Assembly (NCBI GenBank): GCA_041648455.1
Contig: JBAZOZ010000003.1
Span: 1 to 56,579, forward strand
Length of the DNA: 56,579 nucleotides
Source of the DNA: Candidatus Pacearchaeota archaeon
Lineage (GTDB): Archaea; Nanobdellota; Nanobdellia; Pacearchaeales; GW2011-AR1
Direction of reading: 5' to 3'
A program made the position numbers and the translations under genes. Positions 51,660 to 56,579 of this stretch are shown here, one piece after another. The notes below the pieces were generated by a model. That model saw only the letters and a program-made list of their open reading frames with translations. It was not told the origin of the DNA and ran no database searches. Numbering within the stretch: the first letter of the stretch is position 1; the number at the start of each line of letters is the position of its first letter.

Positions 51660-51704
51660 CGAAATCTTATTGTTGCTCGCGCGTAGGCGCGTCTTGAGAT
51701 TTCG
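51660..51704. other. GC-rich nested hairpin 3' of the GTPase gene
   Basis: CGAAATCT/AGATTTCG (8 bp) encloses CGCGC-GTAG-GCGCG. Confidence 0.4.
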
Positions 51705-51715
51705 TGGCACAGAAA

Positions 51716-52954
51716 TTATCGACAGATAATTTCTAGTGCATCCCTGTTTTTCAAAACATAATCTTTTCCTTTTGCTTGTTTCGTCCTAGCATCAATTGCC
51801 TTGATAAAATTCTTTCCAAAATCAGTGTGCAAAAAATAAGCAAAATCCAATGCTGTGCTCCCTGGTGGAAGTAAAAAACAATCGGGTAAAATTCTTCCCT
51901 TGGAATCCGCAAGTTTGTGCGCACCAGCAGGAAAAATAGCAATATATTTCAAAAAATCAAATACAGCCAGATTCAAGATTTCCTGAACCCCGGTTCCATC
52001 GTAAACATCAATAACATTTTTTTTAATTTTATCCAGGGCTTGCTTTTGTCCTTCGTTTAGTTGTTTTAAAATCTTAAAATCTTTTTCGCCAGGAATATAA
52101 TCAATCAAACCAGTTTTTGTCGCCTCTCTCAAAGCTAATTCAGAATCCGCAGAACAAGGATAAATTAAATATTCAGGAAATTCATTTTCCATTTTTGTTA
52201 TATTTTCTTTTGCATCCGGGTGGTCACATTTATTCGCGGCAATAATCATAGGCTTGCTCAATTTTCTTAATTCAGAAACAAATTTCATAATTTGCTCGTC
52301 GCTCCACGAACTTGGCCTCTCTGGAAGATTCACTTTTCTCAAAACATCTTTAACTTGTTCTTCATTTACTTTTAATCCAGAAAATTGTTTCGCAACAGAT
52401 TCAGAAAACTTCAAATGTTCCAACTCAGTTTTCCTCGCAAATGTCTTCCAGACTTTAACAAAAATATTATAAAACCATTTATTCAATTCCTCCTCTAAAA
52501 ATCTTACATCGTTGCAGGGATTATAACCTTCCGTCATCTTTCCCTCGACATCTGTCGTTCCTGACGCATCAACAATATGAATAAAAATATCTGCTTGTCT
52601 TAATTCATCTAAGAATTGGTTTCCTAATCCTTTTCCTTCGCTTGCACCAGGAACTAATCCAGCAACATCCATCAAATCCACAGGAACAAATCTTTTATGA
52701 TTAATGCAAAACCCGTGATTCGGATTGCACTGCGTATTAAACTCCTTGTCAATACAATCAACTTTGACATAGCCAACGCCGTGATTTGCTTTTATCGTCG
52801 TGAAAGGATAAGATGCAATTTCAACTTCCGCCAAAGTCGCTGCTTTGAAAAACGTCGACTTTCCAACAGACGGCTTTCCAACAAGTCCGATTAACATGAG
52901 AAATAGAGAAATAGATAGTATAAAAGATTTGCGTGAACAAAAACCAATAAACAA
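51716..52954 (-). CDS. Obg/DRG/YchF-related GTPase with C-terminal TGS-like domain
   Basis: GLVGKPSVGKSTFF, DVAGLVPGA, NKCD. The start is probably the internal Met (MLIGLVGKP). Confidence 0.7.
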   Translation of the reverse strand: MFIGFCSRKSFILSISLFLMLIGLVGKPSVGKSTFFKAATLAEVEIASYPFTTIKANHGVGYVKVDCIDKEFNTQCNPNHGFCINHKRFVPVDLMDVAGLVPGASEGKGLGNQFLDELRQADIFIHIVDASGTTDVEGKMTEGYNPCNDVRFLEEELNKWFYNIFVKVWKTFARKTELEHLKFSESVAKQFSGLKVNEEQVKDVLRKVNLPERPSSWSDEQIMKFVSELRKLSKPMIIAANKCDHPDAKENITKMENEFPEYLIYPCSADSELALREATKTGLIDYIPGEKDFKILKQLNEGQKQALDKIKKNVIDVYDGTGVQEILNLAVFDFLKYIAIFPAGAHKLADSKGRILPDCFLLPPGSTALDFAYFLHTDFGKNFIKAIDARTKQAKGKDYVLKNRDALEIICR

Positions 52955-52957
52955 TAA

Positions 52958-53365
52958 TTATGCCACAAGACGATTTCCTCTTAATTCATCATATCTATGG
53001 CGCGTGCAAACTCTTGATACCTTTAAACATTTATCTGTTAGATGTCTTTGTTTTTCATAACCTAATCTTTCAGCCATTCTAAGTTCTAATGCCATCAAAG
53101 AAGTTTGTTCAAAAAGCCCCACAAAATCTGCCGTACCAAATATCTCCTCTAATGCTGAAAGACTTCGCGCATCTACCAAATATCTTCCTTGTTCAAATCC
53201 TCTGCTTAATCTATAAAAAATTCTAGAAAATTGCCTTAGTTCTCCTTTGCCTTCTGGATCTAGACTATACCCATTCGACAAATTATCCACCGATACTGCC
53301 ACAGATGATGCAAGGTAACCAATATTAAATATTGTTTCAAGCCTATTTGAAAGATGACTAGCCAT
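52958..53365 (-). CDS. Hypothetical protein (orphan, less AT-rich)
   Basis: 135-aa ORF, no motif recognised. Confidence 0.4.
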   Translation of the reverse strand: MASHLSNRLETIFNIGYLASSVAVSVDNLSNGYSLDPEGKGELRQFSRIFYRLSRGFEQGRYLVDARSLSALEEIFGTADFVGLFEQTSLMALELRMAERLGYEKQRHLTDKCLKVSRVCTRHRYDELRGNRLVA

Positions 53366-53453
53366 ATCTAAATTAATGTTTGGGGGTTTAAATAAATATT
53401 TGTGCTAGCTTAAAGATAGAATCCCAGAAAATTTAAGAAAGCTATAAGTCTTC

Positions 53454-55001
53454 TCAATATTTATTCTCCTCTCTCAACTTCATCCTAATTATCTTTCCAG
53501 AATTTGTTTTTGGTAAAGAAGAAACAAATTCTGTCTGTTTCGGATAAGAATGTCCAGCATAATTTTCTTTTACAAAAAATTTCAGTTCCTCTGCAAGTTT
53601 TTCATTAGCATTAAATCCATGATTCAAAACAATGAATGCTTTTATTATCTGTCCTTTTATCTCATCTGCCACACCTATTACAGCAACCTCTTTCACAGCC
53701 TTATGTCTCATTAAAACATTTTCAACTTCAATAGGAGAAACCCTCTCTCCAGAAGTTTTTATTATATCGTCTTTCCTGCCTTCGAAAAAGAAATATCCAT
53801 CCTTGTCTTTTTTTGCCAAATCATTTGTCTTGAACCATCCTTTTTCAAAATAAGATTTATACATTTTATCATGTTTGTAAATTCCAGTCATCATTGCAGG
53901 CCAACCTGGTTTTAAATGGATTGTTCCATCAATTATTTTTGCCTTAATATCCGGAATTGCCTTTCCCATACTTCCATCTTTCTTCTTTAATCTCGGCCAA
54001 TTAGCAATAACAATCGCGCCAGTTTCTGTCTGCCAATAAGTATCGCAAATCTCTATTCCAAGTTGTTTGTAAAAGTCATAAACCGCTGTTGTTAAGGCCT
54101 CTCCGACACTGAATATATTTCTCACTTTTTCAAAGTCTTTTCTCTTAACAAAATTTCTCAACAATCTTAATGCAGTCGGTGCAGTATAAATAACAGAAAT
54201 CTTATTCTCATTCAAGAATTTAATCCATTTCAACGCACCAAAATGTGGAACATAAACATAATTTTCACAGCCAATACTTAATGGAGCAATAATTCCATAA
54301 ACACTTCCAGTAACCCATCCAGGATGCGCAGTGCACCAATATTTATCATCGCTGTTTAATCCTAAAACAAGTTTTGCAGTATAATGCTGCTGAACAATGG
54401 CATAATGAGAGATTTCAATTCCAGCGACGGGAGTGCCAGCAGTTGAAGAAGTAAAAATCATCAAACAGGTATCTTCCTTATTTTTTAAGACCGCCCCGAA
54501 ATTCTCGCTTTGTTTTTTAATTTTATTTTTAAAATCAAAAGAATCAACAACAACTATTTTCATATTCTTAAATTTATTTTTGCTTTTTAATCTTTTTAAT
54601 AATTCTTTATTCGTCACAAGAACATTTGCATCCCCTCTATTTAATCTTAATTCCAAACCATCAGTTTCAAATGCCTCAAATAAAGGAACTGCAATGCTTC
54701 CTTGTTTGATAGCTCCTAAAAAACAAGTATACATTTCTGGAACTTTTGGTAAGAACAAGAAAATTCTAGAATTTTTCTTCACTTTCAAACTTTCCAAATA
54801 ATTCGCAAACTTGTTAACCTCAATCTGCAAATCCTTATAAGAATATTTCAAAACTTCTCCATTTTCATCTTGAAAAACTAATGCAACTTTATTTGGATTT
54901 TGCAAAGCATGTCTATCAACACAACTCTCAATTATATTCATTTTATCATTATGAATTATAATGTCTTTTTCAAATTGTTTCCAAAAGTTATATTCCATCA
55001 T
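53454..55001 (-). CDS. AMP-dependent synthetase/ligase (acyl-CoA synthetase family)
   Basis: IFTSSTAGTPVAG (AMP-binding loop variant), YWQTETG, GWFKTNDLAKKDKDGYFFFEGRKDDIIKTSGERV, LPKTNSGKI. Confidence 0.8.
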   Translation of the reverse strand: MMEYNFWKQFEKDIIIHNDKMNIIESCVDRHALQNPNKVALVFQDENGEVLKYSYKDLQIEVNKFANYLESLKVKKNSRIFLFLPKVPEMYTCFLGAIKQGSIAVPLFEAFETDGLELRLNRGDANVLVTNKELLKRLKSKNKFKNMKIVVVDSFDFKNKIKKQSENFGAVLKNKEDTCLMIFTSSTAGTPVAGIEISHYAIVQQHYTAKLVLGLNSDDKYWCTAHPGWVTGSVYGIIAPLSIGCENYVYVPHFGALKWIKFLNENKISVIYTAPTALRLLRNFVKRKDFEKVRNIFSVGEALTTAVYDFYKQLGIEICDTYWQTETGAIVIANWPRLKKKDGSMGKAIPDIKAKIIDGTIHLKPGWPAMMTGIYKHDKMYKSYFEKGWFKTNDLAKKDKDGYFFFEGRKDDIIKTSGERVSPIEVENVLMRHKAVKEVAVIGVADEIKGQIIKAFIVLNHGFNANEKLAEELKFFVKENYAGHSYPKQTEFVSSLPKTNSGKIIRMKLREENKY

Positions 55002-55055
55002 TCTTTTAACAACAAATCCAAATAGATTTAAATATCTAGCGAATTTTTATACAAG

Positions 55056-56126
55056 ATGAAAAAAGGAGTGGAAAAAGTTGGTGTTGTTAAATGCAGAACT
55101 TACAATCAAAAAGAAGTGGATAAATCTGTTGAGAAAGTTCTTTCTTTAATTGACTTCAAATTCAAAAAAGGAACAAAAGTCCTGATAAAACCAAATGTTG
55201 TGGGTAGTTTTCCAAAAAAACAAATCGCATGCACCACAAATCCGGCAATTATCGAGGCTGTTTGCAAAATTCTGAAAAAGAACGAATGTAAAATTTTTAT
55301 TGGAGATTCTCCTTTCACAAATCCAGAAAATTCTTTCAAAGCATCTGGAATAGAAAAAGTCGCAAGAAAATATGGAAAATTAATAATTTTCGAGCAGGAA
55401 AAACTAATAAAAATAAAAGACAAAAAAGCAAAAACCCTAAAGGAATTTGAGATTGCAAAAATAATCAAGGAAGCCGATTTAATAATTGACATGCCAAAAT
55501 TAAAAACCCACGTGCTCACAAAATACACCGGAGCAATAAAAAACCTTTATGGTTGTATTCCCGGAGGTTTAAAACAAAAAATTCATCTTCAGGGAAAAGG
55601 AGATGAAAACTTTTCTAAAATTCTTGTAGATATTTATCAAAATATAAAACCAAAATTAACAATAATGGACGCCGTTATTGGAATGGATGGAGAAGGACCG
55701 ACATCAGGGAATCCACAAAAAGTTGGTTTGATTCTAGCATCAAAAAATGGAATTGCATTAGACATTGCAGCAACAAAAATGATTGGATTATTTCCGCATG
55801 AGATTAATACAATAAAAGAATCAATTAAAAGAAAATTATATCCAGATTATGATTTCCAGCTTGTTGGTTTAAAACAACTTCCCAAATTTAAATTCGAAAT
55901 TCCTCATGAAGCAAGAAAAACTCAAAAAATGTTAAACAAATTAGGAGAATACAAACCAATTGTCGTAGATGAAAAAAAATGTATCAAATGCAGAACTTGT
56001 GAAAAACACTGCCCTACAAAATCAATTAGTATGACTCCATATCCAATAATTAATAAGAAAACATGTATAAGATGTTTTTGCTGTATTGAAATTTGTCCTC
56101 AAGATGCTTTGGGTTTGAAAAAATAA
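55056..56126 (+). CDS. DUF362-like domain fused to a 2x[4Fe-4S] ferredoxin module
   Basis: C-terminal CIKCRTCEKHCP and CIRCFCCIEICP. The N-terminal about 290 aa resemble DUF362 proteins. Confidence 0.5.
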   Translation: MKKGVEKVGVVKCRTYNQKEVDKSVEKVLSLIDFKFKKGTKVLIKPNVVGSFPKKQIACTTNPAIIEAVCKILKKNECKIFIGDSPFTNPENSFKASGIEKVARKYGKLIIFEQEKLIKIKDKKAKTLKEFEIAKIIKEADLIIDMPKLKTHVLTKYTGAIKNLYGCIPGGLKQKIHLQGKGDENFSKILVDIYQNIKPKLTIMDAVIGMDGEGPTSGNPQKVGLILASKNGIALDIAATKMIGLFPHEINTIKESIKRKLYPDYDFQLVGLKQLPKFKFEIPHEARKTQKMLNKLGEYKPIVVDEKKCIKCRTCEKHCPTKSISMTPYPIINKKTCIRCFCCIEICPQDALGLKK

Positions 56127-56183
56127 AAACCATCAATTTTAACTAATAGTAATTTTTATATAATCTTAATTGTTGGTTTTTTT

Positions 56184-56197
56184 ATGAGCCTGTAGCT
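56184..56197 (+). repeat. 14-nt direct repeat of the tRNA 5' end (ATGAGCCTGTAGCT), upstream copy
   Basis: Identical to 56321-56334. Followed by three contiguous hairpins (56201-56279). Confidence 0.8.
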
Positions 56198-56322
56198 TGA
56201 GAAGAACCAAGGTTCTTCCTCACACCATCTCCTTTCCGACGCTGTGAGGCGATTTTTTAATTGCCTCCGACAAAATCGCATAGGAAGATTATTTGCTAAC
56301 AGACTTATTACAAAAAACAAAT

Positions 56323-56446
56323 GAGCCTGTAGCTCAGCCAGGTTAGAGCACTGCTCTTATATGAGCTCAATCGATTAAGGTTGATTCTCTCTTGATAAAA
56401 ACTCTAAGAGAGGCAGGGGTCCACAGTTCAAATCTGTGCAGGCTCA
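56323..56446 (+). tRNA. tRNA-Ile(UAU): tRNA-Ile (anticodon UAU) with a 49-nt intron at the canonical 37/38 position
   Basis: Acceptor GAGCCTG/CAGGCTC, D arm GCTC..GAGC, anticodon stem CTGCT/GGCAG, loop CT-TAT-A, intron 56362-56410, T arm CACAG-TTCAAAT-CTGTG, discriminator A, no encoded CCA. Confidence 0.75.
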
Positions 56447-56579
56447 TATTTATTGCATGAATAATCGTCCTGGAAAGGTAATAATTATCCAGTAGTAACA
56501 AATAGAAACTTTTTTAAATCAAGAAAATATGTTTATTCATGCTAAATTGGATAAAAAACACATATAGAAAAGTAATTGG

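Overview
AT-rich archaeal chromosomal segment whose gene content looks like a small-genome, DPANN-type archaeon. It carries aIF5B, aIF2-gamma, r-proteins S6e/L7Ae/S28e/L24e, Kae1, gyrB/gyrA, a TrmB regulator and an intron-containing tRNA, and TGA/TAA/TAG are all used as stops. I support about 65 CDS, one tRNA, one IS481-like insertion sequence and several toxin-antitoxin pairs. There are also three B12-binding radical SAM paralogs, a minimal Pol X, a PyrE-PyrF fusion and a 2285-aa surface giant. I see no rRNA and no CRISPR array. The most unusual content is non-genic. (1) A ~60-nt two-hairpin palindromic element (PE) occurs at 10 or more loci. Several copies sit in frame inside coding sequences (Kae1, the GyrA C-terminus, a DUF192 protein, a zinc-ribbon protein, two membrane proteins), and others sit in the gyrA and rpl7ae leaders. 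(2) A 125-nt two-hairpin element occurs in 5 near-identical copies. Two inverted pairs bracket gene cassettes, and one copy splits an ORF whose reading frame is restored exactly by precise excision. (3) Four related ~55-nt repeats delimit a cassette-like array of NYN / toxin-antitoxin / Fic genes at the left edge. (4) Further short repeats with compensatory stem changes and GC-rich hairpin clusters lie in intergenic DNA. All protein calls come from motif recognition by eye; no database search or folding program was available.
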